Shown: positions 38,033 to 47,961, counted from the first letter of the stretch. The stretch is 64,000 bases of DNA from an uncultured Gammaproteobacteria bacterium (GCA_964503955.1 CAZDCG010000004.1:16181-80180); one strand, 5' to 3'. Made by a program: numbers and translations. The notes: a model not told the origin generated them from the letters alone.

Positions 38033-38140
38033 TTTCCAGAGGGGTCACACCTGTTCCCATCCCGAACACAGCAGTTAAGCCCTCCAGGGCCGATGGTAGT
38101 GCACAGCGCGAGAGTAGGTCGGTGCCAGGTTATGAAAAGA
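38033..38140 (+). rRNA. 5S rRNA
   Basis: UCUGGUGCC...GGUCACACCUGUUCCCAUCCCGAACAC...GCCGAUGGUAGU...GAGAGUAGGUCGGUGCCAGG, with helix I pairing between the ends. Confidence 0.8.
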
Positions 38141-38147
38141 GACGCGT

Positions 38148-38175
38148 TAATACGCGTCTTTTTTCTTTAGGCTCG
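38148..38175 (+). terminator. rRNA operon terminator (agacgcgt-taat-acgcgtct-tttttc)
   Basis: Perfect 8-bp palindromic stem plus T6 directly after the 5S gene. Confidence 0.75.
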
Positions 38176-38632
38176 TGATTTTACCGTACTTCTTTGTCAG
38201 CGGATGCGGTCCGCACTCGACGTACATTTCAGTACGCCTCGTTTGCGATCCTCCCGCTTCCTCGAATCACGGTAAACTTACGAGCCTTTTAAGAGAAGGT
38301 GTAGACTAGCGAGCATTGTTTGGATATAGAATGGGCATCCTTACTTTGGACGCATCATTGTATTCCAGTACGCTTCACTCCGGTACTCGGTTTTCCTTGA
38401 ATCTCATCGAAAGCTGAGATCTTATGGAAAAATCCTCCATCTTCCTCAAGCCCCTCGGAGCCTGCATGCCTCTTGCATATTGGATTGCTTGCGTAAAAAC
38501 CTTTGCCGCCTGTGATGTCTCCAGCGTCTGACAAGTCTGTAATGTCTCCGCCCTCGGGGCGGAAATTGTCGTCACTTTTTGCAAATGTTTTGATTGGCTC
38601 AGGTAACTTTGTTATGATACGGTTGTCTGCAT

Positions 38633-39175
38633 ATGGCTATTGGCTTTCTTACCTCAAGTGAAAAAAAATTCCGCGAGGCGCAGGCGATCATTCCATCGCT
38701 TGAACAAATACAGATCGATCTGGATGAGATTCAGCATGAAGATCCGAAATTCGTGATCAAGAAGAAGCTGGAACAGGCAAAAGCCTATGCAAGAGGGGAA
38801 TTTATCGTAGAGGATTCCGGTTTGTATCTGGAATGCCTGAATGGCTGGCCCGGGCCTTTTACCCGATGGTTTCTGTCAAAAGTTGAACACGCGCGCTTGT
38901 ACGATATTGCCGCATGTTTTAGCAATCATTACGCGGAAGCCAAAACCGTGATCGGGTATTTGGACGATCAGGGGCGTGATCATTACTTTGAAGGTTCGGT
39001 GCGAGGATTGATCGTTCAACCAAGAGGTGAATTCGGGTTTGGGTGGGATCCTATTTTTCTTCCTGAAAATGCCACAAAAACATTCGCGGAAATGTCTTTT
39101 GAAGAGAAGAATCAACTGAGTATGCGCCGCCGCGCTCTTTCTGAATTCAGAGACTTCCTCGCCAAGAAAAAATAA
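38633..39175 (+). CDS. rdgB: Non-canonical purine NTP pyrophosphatase (RdgB/Ham1/ITPase family)
   Basis: 180 aa; FEGS...GEFGFGWDPIF signature of Ham1-like proteins. Confidence 0.85.
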   Translation: MAIGFLTSSEKKFREAQAIIPSLEQIQIDLDEIQHEDPKFVIKKKLEQAKAYARGEFIVEDSGLYLECLNGWPGPFTRWFLSKVEHARLYDIAACFSNHYAEAKTVIGYLDDQGRDHYFEGSVRGLIVQPRGEFGFGWDPIFLPENATKTFAEMSFEEKNQLSMRRRALSEFRDFLAKKK

Positions 39176-39177
39176 TT

Positions 39178-40344
39178 ATGCGATCCATCGTTGATCTCTC
39201 AATGAAGGGCAAAATCGCCCTTCTTCGTTTAAATCTGAACGTTCCGTTAAAAGACGGGATGATCGTTGACGATTTTCGCATCAAAACAATCTTGCAAACG
39301 GTTGCTTATGCGGCAGGCCGCGCCAAGAAAACCGTGATCATCGCGCATCTGGGACGGCCGCAGCGGCGTGATCCGCAATGTTCGCTGATGCCGGTCGCCA
39401 GAAGAATGCAGGAGTTGCTTGGGCAGGAAGTCCGATTTCTATCTGATTGCGTCGGGCGGGAAGTGGAACACCATATTGAAGATGCGCCAGACGGAACAAT
39501 TTTTCTTCTGGAAAATCTCCGGTTTCACGAAGGAGAACGAAAAAACGACAAGGACTTCGGATGCCAGTTGGCACGGCTTGGCCATGTTTTTGTTAATGAC
39601 GCTTTTGCCGACAGCTATGAATCCTATGCCTCGGTTATCTGGCCGCCAAAACTCATGCCGGCTGCCGCAGGGTTTCGCCTGCAACAAGAGTTGGGGCATC
39701 TGAATTCGCTTCGAGACGAGCCGGAGCAGCCATTTGTCATTCTCGTCGGCGGCGCCAAAATAAAAGAAAAAATGGGGGCTTTGCGCGTGCTTGGAGAAAA
39801 AGCCGATACTCTTCTTATGGGGGGGGCAATCGCGAATACATTGTTTGCCGCTCAGGGGTATAAGATCGGCGCGTCCTTAGTCCAGCCCGAAGAACTTGAT
39901 CTGGCTAAGCAACTTATGGAGGAGTTTTCTGGGAAGATTATTCTGCCCTCTGACGTGGCGGTCGCCGAGAAGAAGGAAGGAGAGATTGTGATCAAAACAC
40001 TGAAACATTTTCAGATGCGTCATCTTGAAGAGCAGGAAGCCATTCTTGATATCGGTCCTGCGAGCGTGGCTGCTTATAAAGGGATCGTGCAAAAAGCTAA
40101 AACGATTTTTTGGGCCGGCCCCATGGGCTATATCGAAGAGGAGCAAACACGGCAGGGCTCTTATGCACTGATCGAAACTCTGTCTGTTCATTCAGGGATG
40201 GTTTTAATCGGAGGGGGGGAAACAGGTGCATTGATTGCCGATCTCGGGATGCTGGATGAGTTTGATTTCATCTCAACAGGTGGCAGTGCCGCGTTGAAGT
40301 TTTTGTCAGGGGAATCATTGCCTGGTATCGAAGCTTTAGGATGA
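39178..40344 (+). CDS. pgk: Phosphoglycerate kinase
   Basis: 388 aa; N-terminal LRLNLNVPL, and GGGA/GGGE hinge and nucleotide-binding motifs. Confidence 0.9.
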   Translation: MRSIVDLSMKGKIALLRLNLNVPLKDGMIVDDFRIKTILQTVAYAAGRAKKTVIIAHLGRPQRRDPQCSLMPVARRMQELLGQEVRFLSDCVGREVEHHIEDAPDGTIFLLENLRFHEGERKNDKDFGCQLARLGHVFVNDAFADSYESYASVIWPPKLMPAAAGFRLQQELGHLNSLRDEPEQPFVILVGGAKIKEKMGALRVLGEKADTLLMGGAIANTLFAAQGYKIGASLVQPEELDLAKQLMEEFSGKIILPSDVAVAEKKEGEIVIKTLKHFQMRHLEEQEAILDIGPASVAAYKGIVQKAKTIFWAGPMGYIEEEQTRQGSYALIETLSVHSGMVLIGGGETGALIADLGMLDEFDFISTGGSAALKFLSGESLPGIEALG

Positions 40345-40469
40345 TTGTAGAAAATATTCTTCAAAAATCTCCATTTTTTGGACCTGATCTTAGCAAAAAT
40401 CAGGTTTTTTATTTTATTTTGCAGATAAAAAGTTGACAGGATATATGGATAGGCTATGATGAGCTGAGT

Positions 40470-41231
40470 ATGGTCACGCCTGAATTATTTCTCCATGGTT
40501 TGGGGCTTTCTCCCAAAGAAGTGTCCGTCTATCTGGCCTTGCTGCGCAGGGGGCCCAGTTCAGTTCGCCAATTGTCCGAAGTTTCCGGGGTCAACCGCGG
40601 AACGACCTACGACATTCTCAAATCGCTGCAGGAACGAGGCGTTGTTTCCTTCTACGATGAATCAAAGAAAACATACTTTGTGGCAGAAGATCCTGGATCG
40701 CTCGCGCAAATGATTGATGACCGCCGCCAGGAAATTCTTCAGCTGCAGCAGCAATTGCAGGACGTTTTGCCTCAGCTTTCATCGATCGCCAAACAGGCGG
40801 CAAAATCAAAACCGGTTGCACGGTATTACCATGGAGCAAAGGCTATTCGTTCTATTCTCCTTGAGGTGCTCAGTGATGTATCGCAATTACCGAAGAAGGA
40901 ATATTTCGTCTATTCTTCTTCCGTCATTGCGCAGCATCTTTACGACGCGATCCCCGATTTCACAAAACGGCGGACACAAGCGGGCATTTTCGTCTCGGTG
41001 ATCGCCCTTGGACCGGGGGGATCGAATCATGAGCAGCTTGCCCAGCGACGCTGGCTGAGCAAAGAAGCCAGAGCTATGACCTACACCATTATTTTTGGAA
41101 GTAAAACAGCGTTCATTTCGCTTGATGACCAGGAGCAGCCGCACGGGGTGATCCTTGAAGACAGCAATGTCGCGCAGACCCAGGTTCTGCTATTTCAATC
41201 AATGTGGGAGACGCTTAATGAACATGTATGA
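40470..41231 (+). CDS. TrmB-family sugar-responsive transcriptional regulator
   Basis: N-terminal wHTH LGLSPKEVSVYLALLRRGPSSVRQLSEVSGVNRGTTYDILKSL plus C-terminal effector domain; overlaps the downstream nucleotidyltransferase gene by 4 nt. Confidence 0.65.
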   Translation: MVTPELFLHGLGLSPKEVSVYLALLRRGPSSVRQLSEVSGVNRGTTYDILKSLQERGVVSFYDESKKTYFVAEDPGSLAQMIDDRRQEILQLQQQLQDVLPQLSSIAKQAAKSKPVARYYHGAKAIRSILLEVLSDVSQLPKKEYFVYSSSVIAQHLYDAIPDFTKRRTQAGIFVSVIALGPGGSNHEQLAQRRWLSKEARAMTYTIIFGSKTAFISLDDQEQPHGVILEDSNVAQTQVLLFQSMWETLNEHV

Positions 41232-41980
41232 AAGTCCTCATTCTTGCTGCCGGAAAAGGAACGCGCATGAAATCTGAAATGCCAAAAGTGCTCACGCCGC
41301 TTGCCGGTAAATCGCTGATTGAGCATGTGCTTGGCGCGGTGAAATCGAGCGGCCTTGATCCCAAGCCAACGATCATTGTTGGCCATGGAGCGGATCAGGT
41401 AAAAGCCCATTTGAAGGATCATGATGTTCATTTTGTGGAACAGCATCAGCAGCTTGGGACCGGACATGCGGTTGCCGTTTGCGAGCACGCGGTTGATCCT
41501 AATGAAGATGTCATCATTGTCTACGGAGATCATCCCGCAGTCAGGCCTTCTACCTTGAAGCGACTGGCGGAAATGCTGCAATACAGCCGCGGTCCGATTG
41601 CCATGGTTACCTATCGTATTCCGCATTTTGGCATCCATGAAGGCCAATTCAGCCGCTATGGCCGCATTCTGCGCGACGAGGACGAGAATATCTGCGCGAT
41701 CCGCGAAGCCAAAGACGCGTCGGATACGGAGCTTGACGTGAAAGAAATCAATCCGGGCTACTACGCGTTTCACGGGCCTTGGCTTTGGCAGAATATCAAG
41801 CGCCTTTCAAAGGCAAACGCTCAGGGCGAATATTATCTGACGGAATTAATTGAGCTTGCGATTAAGCAGGGAGAAATTCTTGATACCATGATCGGCGATG
41901 ACCTCGTCGAAGCGATGGGGGTCAATACTCCTGAACAGCTGGCCATGGTCGAAAAGCTTCTTAAACGGAATTCTCCATAA
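41228..41980 (+). CDS. Sugar-1-phosphate nucleotidyltransferase resembling the GlmU N-terminal (UDP-GlcNAc pyrophosphorylase) domain, without the acetyltransferase domain
   Basis: MKVLILAAGKGTRMKSEMPKVL matches the GlmU/RmlA G-x-G-T-R-M motif; only 250 aa. Confidence 0.75.
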   Translation: MKVLILAAGKGTRMKSEMPKVLTPLAGKSLIEHVLGAVKSSGLDPKPTIIVGHGADQVKAHLKDHDVHFVEQHQQLGTGHAVAVCEHAVDPNEDVIIVYGDHPAVRPSTLKRLAEMLQYSRGPIAMVTYRIPHFGIHEGQFSRYGRILRDEDENICAIREAKDASDTELDVKEINPGYYAFHGPWLWQNIKRLSKANAQGEYYLTELIELAIKQGEILDTMIGDDLVEAMGVNTPEQLAMVEKLLKRNSP

Positions 41981-42002
41981 TTTCTCATCTCGTCTAAGCT
42001 TT

Positions 42003-42626
42003 ATGCGAATTATTCTCGACTTTGATCATACCCTCTTTGACATGCAGCGCATGCATCAGGAGCTTATTAGCGCGCTGGAGCGGATCGGCATCCCTGAAAA
42101 GATGTACAAAGAGGCCTATAGCCTTGAAACGCACTGGAAAGTGTTTACCGTGCAGGGATTTGCGAATCGACTGGCTTCTAAATCAGGCATCGCTCAGGAA
42201 ATCATTGAAAAAACGTTGTGGGATGTTGCCAAATCGAGCGGTCACTGCCTCTACCCGGATGTGATGGAGGTCTGCAGGGAACTCAAATCAGTCGGTCATA
42301 CGCTCATTCTTTTATCCTGGGGCGATGAAGATTGGCAGGGAGCAAAAATCGAGCAATCAGGCGTCCGTTCTTTTTTTGATGAAATTGTCACGATTACGGA
42401 TTTGAAAGCGGATTACCTAAAAGGGCGAGGCAATGGCAGGCCGGTTGTCCTGGTGGATGACAAGCCGGCTGAACTGAAATCCGTTCAGGAGGCAAGACCC
42501 GATATTCAGCTTGTCCGTATGCGAAGGCCCAATGCCAAATATTCTGATACGCCAACGCCGGACGGCATGACGGAAGTAACTTCCATGAGGGAATTGCAAG
42601 CTCATCTTCGAAATTCATCTTCATAG
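42003..42626 (+). CDS. HAD-superfamily hydrolase (putative sugar-phosphate phosphatase)
   Basis: DFDHTLFD motif I at the N-terminus (MRIILDFDHTLFD); the longer upstream ORF extension overlaps the previous gene and is unlikely. Confidence 0.6.
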   Translation: MRIILDFDHTLFDMQRMHQELISALERIGIPEKMYKEAYSLETHWKVFTVQGFANRLASKSGIAQEIIEKTLWDVAKSSGHCLYPDVMEVCRELKSVGHTLILLSWGDEDWQGAKIEQSGVRSFFDEIVTITDLKADYLKGRGNGRPVVLVDDKPAELKSVQEARPDIQLVRMRRPNAKYSDTPTPDGMTEVTSMRELQAHLRNSSS

Positions 42627-42629
42627 CGT

Positions 42630-44396
42630 ATGTGTGGGATTATCGCCTATAAAGGGAATCGCAATGCGGTTCCTATGCTTCTTGAGGGATTGCAGCATCT
42701 TGAATACCGAGGGTATGACTCCTGGGGGATCGCGGTATCTTCAAGTCCCGTGCGCGTGATCAAGCGCGTGGGAAAAGTGGGCGATATTTCCTTAGAGCAG
42801 GTTTTGTCGCTTGGCGAACATGCGCTGGGCATTGGCCATTCCCGCTGGGCCACGACTGGATCCGTAACGGAAGAGAATGCGCATCCGCATCTCAGCAATA
42901 ATGGGCGGTACGCGCTTGTGCACAATGGCATCGTAGAGAATTTTCAGGAATTGAAAGAAGAATTGTTGGGAGAACAATATTCGTTTACTTCAGAAACAGA
43001 CTCCGAAGTGATCGCAAACTTGATTCAGCGATACGCTTCTGAAATGGAATTTTTACCCGCGGTGCAAAAAGCCTTTTTACGGCTTGAAGGAAGAAACGCG
43101 ATTGTTGTGATTGATAAGGATCTACACCGTTTAGTTGGCGTGCGATTCGGATCTCCATTGATTGTGGGAATCGGAAATGATGAATGCTTCATTGCGTCAG
43201 ATGTTCCGGCCTTCCTTGCGCATACAAGAGAGGTGAATTATCTCGATGATTATCAAATGGTAGTGGTGGATGACGCCCCTCGTTACTATGATGTGAGAAC
43301 GCTGCTGCCGGTTGAGCGCCGAACCGTGACCATTGATTGGAACGCGGAGCAAGCGGAGAAAGGCGATTATCCTCATTTCATGATCAAAGAAATTCATGAG
43401 CAGCGTGAGACAATCCGGCGCGCAATCGAACAGGATGAGGAAGAGATCATGAAGGCGGTGCAAATGATCAAAGATTCCCGCGGAGCATTTCTTTCTGGTT
43501 GCGGCACGGCGGGCAAGGTATGCCATATTGGCGAATACTTTTTTAACGCCATCGCGCGCCGGCATACCAATTTTGTGATCGCGTCGGAATTCAGCAACTA
43601 CACCCCATTTTTGAACGAAAAAAGTTTATTGATGGTCGTTTCTCAAAGCGGCGAAACCGCAGACGTTCTCGAGGCCATCGAACAGGCAAAGGCAAAGGGA
43701 GTGAATATTCTTTCGCTGGTGAATGTGCGAGGCTCATCCATTATGCGCGCCTCCGACCTGTCTCTTTTAGTTAATGCGGGACCTGAGCAGGCGGTTGCGT
43801 CTACAAAGGCAACGACGGCCCAGATGTCGCTGCTCGCCTTGCTGGCATACGCGGTGAATGGACGACTGAAGGAAGGCAAGCTGCGTCTTACCGAGCTGGT
43901 TGGTCAGATCAACGAATGGTTGAACCCGCGCTATGAAGAGCATATTCAGAAACTGGCTGAACGGTTGCAAAACGAAACCGATATGTATTTTATCGGTCGT
44001 GGCGTGAACTATCCGCTGGCTTTGGAGTGCGCGATCAAGGTGCAGGAAGTCAGCTATATTCACGGCGAAGGTTTTGCGGGCGGTGAACTGAAGCATGGCC
44101 CTTTGGCGCTGATTAAAGAAGGAACACCGGTTGTTGCTTTAGTCGCTGATGATGGCAACAAGGCAGCGATTCTTTCAAATGCGCAGGAAGTAAAATCCCG
44201 CGGAGGGTATATCATTGGTGTTTCACCGACCAATGAGCCGGTCTTTGATTACTGGTTGCGCGTGCCCAATGAAGACGTGCTTTCACCGATTGTGAATATC
44301 ATCCCCGTGCAAATGCTGGCCTATCATCTGGGCGTTCTGCGGGGTAATAATCCTGATAAACCTAGAAACTTGGCAAAGAGTGTGACGGTGAAGTAG
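42630..44396 (+). CDS. glmS: Glutamine--fructose-6-phosphate aminotransferase (isomerising)
   Basis: MCGIIAY N-terminal nucleophile Cys, and two SIS domains (VSQSGETAD). Confidence 0.95.
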   Translation: MCGIIAYKGNRNAVPMLLEGLQHLEYRGYDSWGIAVSSSPVRVIKRVGKVGDISLEQVLSLGEHALGIGHSRWATTGSVTEENAHPHLSNNGRYALVHNGIVENFQELKEELLGEQYSFTSETDSEVIANLIQRYASEMEFLPAVQKAFLRLEGRNAIVVIDKDLHRLVGVRFGSPLIVGIGNDECFIASDVPAFLAHTREVNYLDDYQMVVVDDAPRYYDVRTLLPVERRTVTIDWNAEQAEKGDYPHFMIKEIHEQRETIRRAIEQDEEEIMKAVQMIKDSRGAFLSGCGTAGKVCHIGEYFFNAIARRHTNFVIASEFSNYTPFLNEKSLLMVVSQSGETADVLEAIEQAKAKGVNILSLVNVRGSSIMRASDLSLLVNAGPEQAVASTKATTAQMSLLALLAYAVNGRLKEGKLRLTELVGQINEWLNPRYEEHIQKLAERLQNETDMYFIGRGVNYPLALECAIKVQEVSYIHGEGFAGGELKHGPLALIKEGTPVVALVADDGNKAAILSNAQEVKSRGGYIIGVSPTNEPVFDYWLRVPNEDVLSPIVNIIPVQMLAYHLGVLRGNNPDKPRNLAKSVTVK

Positions 44397-44751
44397 ATGA
44401 GATTAATTATCGCCCACCCCTCGCCCCTCCTAAGCACGGAGGGGTGATTTGTAAGGATAAAACCTTCCCTTCCATTTAGGAGAGGCGAGGGGTGGTATTT
44501 TGAGAAATCAATAATGTTGATCATCATGAGCATCTTTACGACTCACCATCTCACGAGAGAAGATCCCTGGGCTGGCGCTCGGGCTTACGAGGATGGGGCC
44601 GGGGATGTAGACGCGACCTAAAATCGCGGCATCCTCGGCGAACATCAATCTTTCAAACCACCCGTTCGGGTGTTTTTTGACTTGCCGGTTATCTTGACAA
44701 ATATCCCTTTTTATGTCAGGGTGATTCTAAATCCAAATCAGGAGAACTTCA

Positions 44752-45294
44752 ATGGATGCAGGATTGCGTGACCTCGAGCGTGATGCGCTGAGCAACGGCG
44801 ATCCTCATGCCGAGGCTCGCCTGCTAAGGGAAAAAATTCGTTCCGGAGAGCTCAACCCTCACCTCGTGATGGCTGTTGCCTCCCTCGAGCATCCGGCCGC
44901 TTGCCTGGTCTATCCTGATCAGGCTCTGGGAGCTCACCCCTTCTCGGTGTCGCTGGTTGAAGCGGGGCGGCTGCATGTGGTGCGCGTCTTGTTCGCTGTT
45001 ACCATTAAGCTGCAGACGCAAGATGAACAGGAACGAGCTCTGATTAACGCTGTCTCTCATTGGCTTGCCTGTCCTTGTCGTGAGCACAAGCATGCCGTTG
45101 CCATGGCAAACCTTACGACGCCTAAGCACCCGGCGGGCGGATACTTCGTTCATTCGCTGGGTAGCTCAGTGACAAGGCTTCGCGACAAGCGTCTCAGAGC
45201 TGCTATCGCTTCCCACTGCTTCGTTTACGCTGGACTCAGCATGCCTCAAGGTCTTGTCCGGCAGACAGCATTGGATGCGATCCTGACAACCTAA
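44752..45294 (+). CDS. Hypothetical protein with elevated local GC (about 57 %); followed by an ORF-free structured region
   Basis: Good SD (AGGAGAAC-4-ATG); no recognisable domain. Confidence 0.45.
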   Translation: MDAGLRDLERDALSNGDPHAEARLLREKIRSGELNPHLVMAVASLEHPAACLVYPDQALGAHPFSVSLVEAGRLHVVRVLFAVTIKLQTQDEQERALINAVSHWLACPCREHKHAVAMANLTTPKHPAGGYFVHSLGSSVTRLRDKRLRAAIASHCFVYAGLSMPQGLVRQTALDAILTT

Positions 45295-45299
45295 CAAGC

Positions 45300-45550
45300 C
45301 CGGTAGAGTCGATGAGGGATACAACCGGGTGTAGATCCCTCCGCTGTTCACCAAGTGGGAACCGTGATGAGCAGCGAGTCGAGTGTTCCTGTACCCTTCG
45401 GGGTTCTATCATAGCCTGGCATTCTTTCGCTTTCGGGCGAAGGTCAACCGCGGGCACTTCTGCTTGACCTCACAGGTACAGTTTCAGGGCGCGGGTCGTG
45501 AGACCTTCGCCCATCGAGCCACTTCTTTCGGGAGGTGGCTCGTTCTTTTT
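45300..45550 (+). ncRNA. Candidate structured ncRNA (about 250 nt): several UUCG-capped hairpins, an 11-bp long-range stem (gggcgaaggtc/gaccttcgccc) and its own intrinsic terminator; class not identified
   Basis: No ORF; acccTTCGgggt, cTTTCGggcg, 45432-45515 hairpin; terminator gagccac...gtggctc + tcttttt at 45516-45550. Confidence 0.3.
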
Positions 45551-45605
45551 AACAAGTTTTTTATTGTTGGCGATGATAACCCATTCCTGCTAAACTGATC
45601 TTCCT

Positions 45606-46583
45606 ATGGAACAGAAAAAGATCGTTTTTTTAGGCGGAGGGGGAGGAGCAACCAATATCCTTCCCGGTTTGCGCGATGACTTTGATGTCACTGCCATTGT
45701 AACCACTTTTGATGACGGGGGAAGTTATGGATATCTTCGCCGCGATTATAAATCGCCATTAAGCGGAGATATCCGACGGGCTTTGGCGGCGCTCTCAACC
45801 AATGATCTTAAAGCAAGCGCAGAATTCCGTTTTCCTGAAGGCGGGTTGAAAGGGCATACCCTTGGCAATCTGCTCTTAGCATCCGAGTGGATACGGCATG
45901 AAGATGCTGAGGTGGCGATGGAATCGCTGCACCGGATTTTTGCCGTTAAAGGAAATGTGCTTGGCGTGTCCTATCAGCTGGCTGAATTGACGGCTGAGTT
46001 GATGGATCGAACCATTATCCGTGGCGAGGGAAAAATCGACGAACCGCATGCAAAATCGCATATCCGCATTCAGCGCGTTTGGCTTGATCCGGATCCAAAA
46101 CCCGCGCGAGGAGTGCTTGAAGCGATCGCGCAGGCCGATCTGATTATCATGGGGCCGGGCGATATTTATACAAGCATTATTCCTTGTCTGCTTGTTGAAG
46201 GCATTGCGCAAGCTATTCAGGCAAGCAAGGCAAAAACCATTTATTTTTGTAATCGCTTTACCAAGCATGGTCAGACAAATGGCTTTACAGCCGGCGATCA
46301 TTTGCTCGCGATCGAACAATATCTGCAAAAACGGCTCGATCTGGTTGTTCTTGAAATCTCGGAATTGCCAGAAGAGCTGATTGCTTTTCATGAAACACAA
46401 CTGGAAAAGCCTGTTTTATACGACATTGAACGGCTTCAGGCCGCGGGTTATGATATCAGGGAGGCGAAGCTGTTGGACGGCATAATCCATGAAAAAGCTG
46501 ATTCAGACCCGTTGAAAAGAAGCAAGATACGATATAAACCGGAGCTGGTAAGAGATGTGGTAGATCAGATTTCTGAACGCTGA
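45606..46583 (+). CDS. YvcK/CofD-like (UPF0052, gluconeogenesis factor family) protein
   Basis: N-terminal GGGGGATNILPGL and TTFDDGGSYGYLRR...GDIRRAL motifs typical of YvcK/CofD. Confidence 0.7.
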   Translation: MEQKKIVFLGGGGGATNILPGLRDDFDVTAIVTTFDDGGSYGYLRRDYKSPLSGDIRRALAALSTNDLKASAEFRFPEGGLKGHTLGNLLLASEWIRHEDAEVAMESLHRIFAVKGNVLGVSYQLAELTAELMDRTIIRGEGKIDEPHAKSHIRIQRVWLDPDPKPARGVLEAIAQADLIIMGPGDIYTSIIPCLLVEGIAQAIQASKAKTIYFCNRFTKHGQTNGFTAGDHLLAIEQYLQKRLDLVVLEISELPEELIAFHETQLEKPVLYDIERLQAAGYDIREAKLLDGIIHEKADSDPLKRSKIRYKPELVRDVVDQISER

Positions 46584-46676
46584 ATACTGAATGCCGACAC
46601 GCTGCCGCTGAGCGCTCAGTAATCAGCGGCCAGCCATGAAATTTCGTCTGTGTTCTGAGAAGTCTATGATGTCTGT

Positions 46677-47903
46677 GTGTCTATGTATTTAACCGAGGGC
46701 GAAGGAAAAACCTTATTCAAGGAGGCTGGTATACCCGTACCAGACTTTTTCTTTCATGAGAAAGGCGCAACGCTTCCTTCTCATGTCGCGTATCCGGCAA
46801 TGCTCAAAGCGCAGACGTTGAGCGGGTCGAGGGGGAAAGCTGGGCTCATTAAAGAAGCTGCCGACGCGCATGAAGCAGAAGCGATCCTTACAAAAATGTG
46901 GAAACAGCAAAGCCCGCGGCGATATTTTGAATCAATCCTGATTGAACCTCGTCTTCAGGCAAAAAGAGAATTCTATCTTAGTGTCACCTATGACACACTG
47001 TTGCGAAAGCCCATGCTAATGCTCAGCAAATTCGGAGGGATGGATATTGAGCTGGTGGCTAAACGGCAGCCAGATGCGGTTGTACAGATGGAACTCAGTT
47101 TGCTCCATCCGATCTCGCAACAGGAACTGGAACAAACATTTGTAAAAGCCGAGGTCCGCCCGGAACTGTTTCCATCGCTGTCAGAGATTGTTCACCATTT
47201 GTACCGGCTCTTTTTGCAATATGACTGCGAGCTGGCTGAAATCAATCCGTTGATAGAAACTGAGAATGGCTTTATGGCGGTCGACGCAAAGATCATTTTG
47301 GATGATACTGCTCTTTATCGGCACGAGCTCCCGTTTCCAAGACGAATGGGCGGTCGTCCACTTACGACAATGGAAGAACAAGCCCGAGCCATCGATGGAC
47401 GTTCACACCGCGGTGTAGTTGGAAGAACCTTTATCGAGCTTGATGGTAATATTGCCGTTCTTTCTTCCGGCGGGGGAGCCAGCGTTACTTGTCTGGATGC
47501 CTTAATCCATTACGGAGGCCGCCCCGCCAACTTTGCGGAGTATAGCGGGAATCCTGAGCGCGAAGATGTGCGCGATCTCACCAAACTCTTGCTTTCCAAA
47601 GAGGGGCTGGCCGGATTATGGGTGGTTGGTCCCACTGCCAATTTCACCGATGTACACGAAACAATTGGCGGGATTATCGATGCGCTCAAAGAAGTGAAGC
47701 CGAGCTTCCCGGTTGTCATCCGCCGCGCCGGCCCTAATGACGAAAAAGCCCGCGAACTGGTTGAGCATGTCAAAAAGGAAACCGGGCTTGATATCACTTT
47801 TTATGGTGAAGAAATTCCGATGACCGAGACCGCGAAGATTCTGTTGGAAAAATGCGATCCCAACCGAAGTGCCAGCGGAGCGGAGGCAGAGCATTTGTCG
47901 TAA
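46677..47903 (+). CDS. Succinyl-CoA synthetase beta-subunit-like ATP-grasp protein (SucC/citryl-CoA synthetase large-subunit-like); start GTG 46677 or ATG 46683
   Basis: ATP-grasp N-terminal half (LTEGEGKTLFKEAGIPVP...SGSRGKAGLIK) and C-terminal CoA-ligase domain. Confidence 0.7.
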   Translation: MSMYLTEGEGKTLFKEAGIPVPDFFFHEKGATLPSHVAYPAMLKAQTLSGSRGKAGLIKEAADAHEAEAILTKMWKQQSPRRYFESILIEPRLQAKREFYLSVTYDTLLRKPMLMLSKFGGMDIELVAKRQPDAVVQMELSLLHPISQQELEQTFVKAEVRPELFPSLSEIVHHLYRLFLQYDCELAEINPLIETENGFMAVDAKIILDDTALYRHELPFPRRMGGRPLTTMEEQARAIDGRSHRGVVGRTFIELDGNIAVLSSGGGASVTCLDALIHYGGRPANFAEYSGNPEREDVRDLTKLLLSKEGLAGLWVVGPTANFTDVHETIGGIIDALKEVKPSFPVVIRRAGPNDEKARELVEHVKKETGLDITFYGEEIPMTETAKILLEKCDPNRSASGAEAEHLS

Positions 47904-47961
47904 CTCGGTTTTATCTTAGGATGAGATCCATCCTGTCGGCGCTTGGGATGACGAAACTACT

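Noticed and set aside
44324-44533. 69-aa minus-strand ORF overlapping the glmS 3' end and the nested inverted repeats
   Set aside because: Overlaps a confidently called gene and a hairpin-rich terminator region; no SD.
45516-45550. Hairpin beginning GAGCC... considered as a group II intron domain V
   Set aside because: It forms a perfect uninterrupted stem with a U-run and lacks the 2-nt bulge and GNRA loop. There is no RT/maturase ORF nearby, so it is a plain intrinsic terminator.
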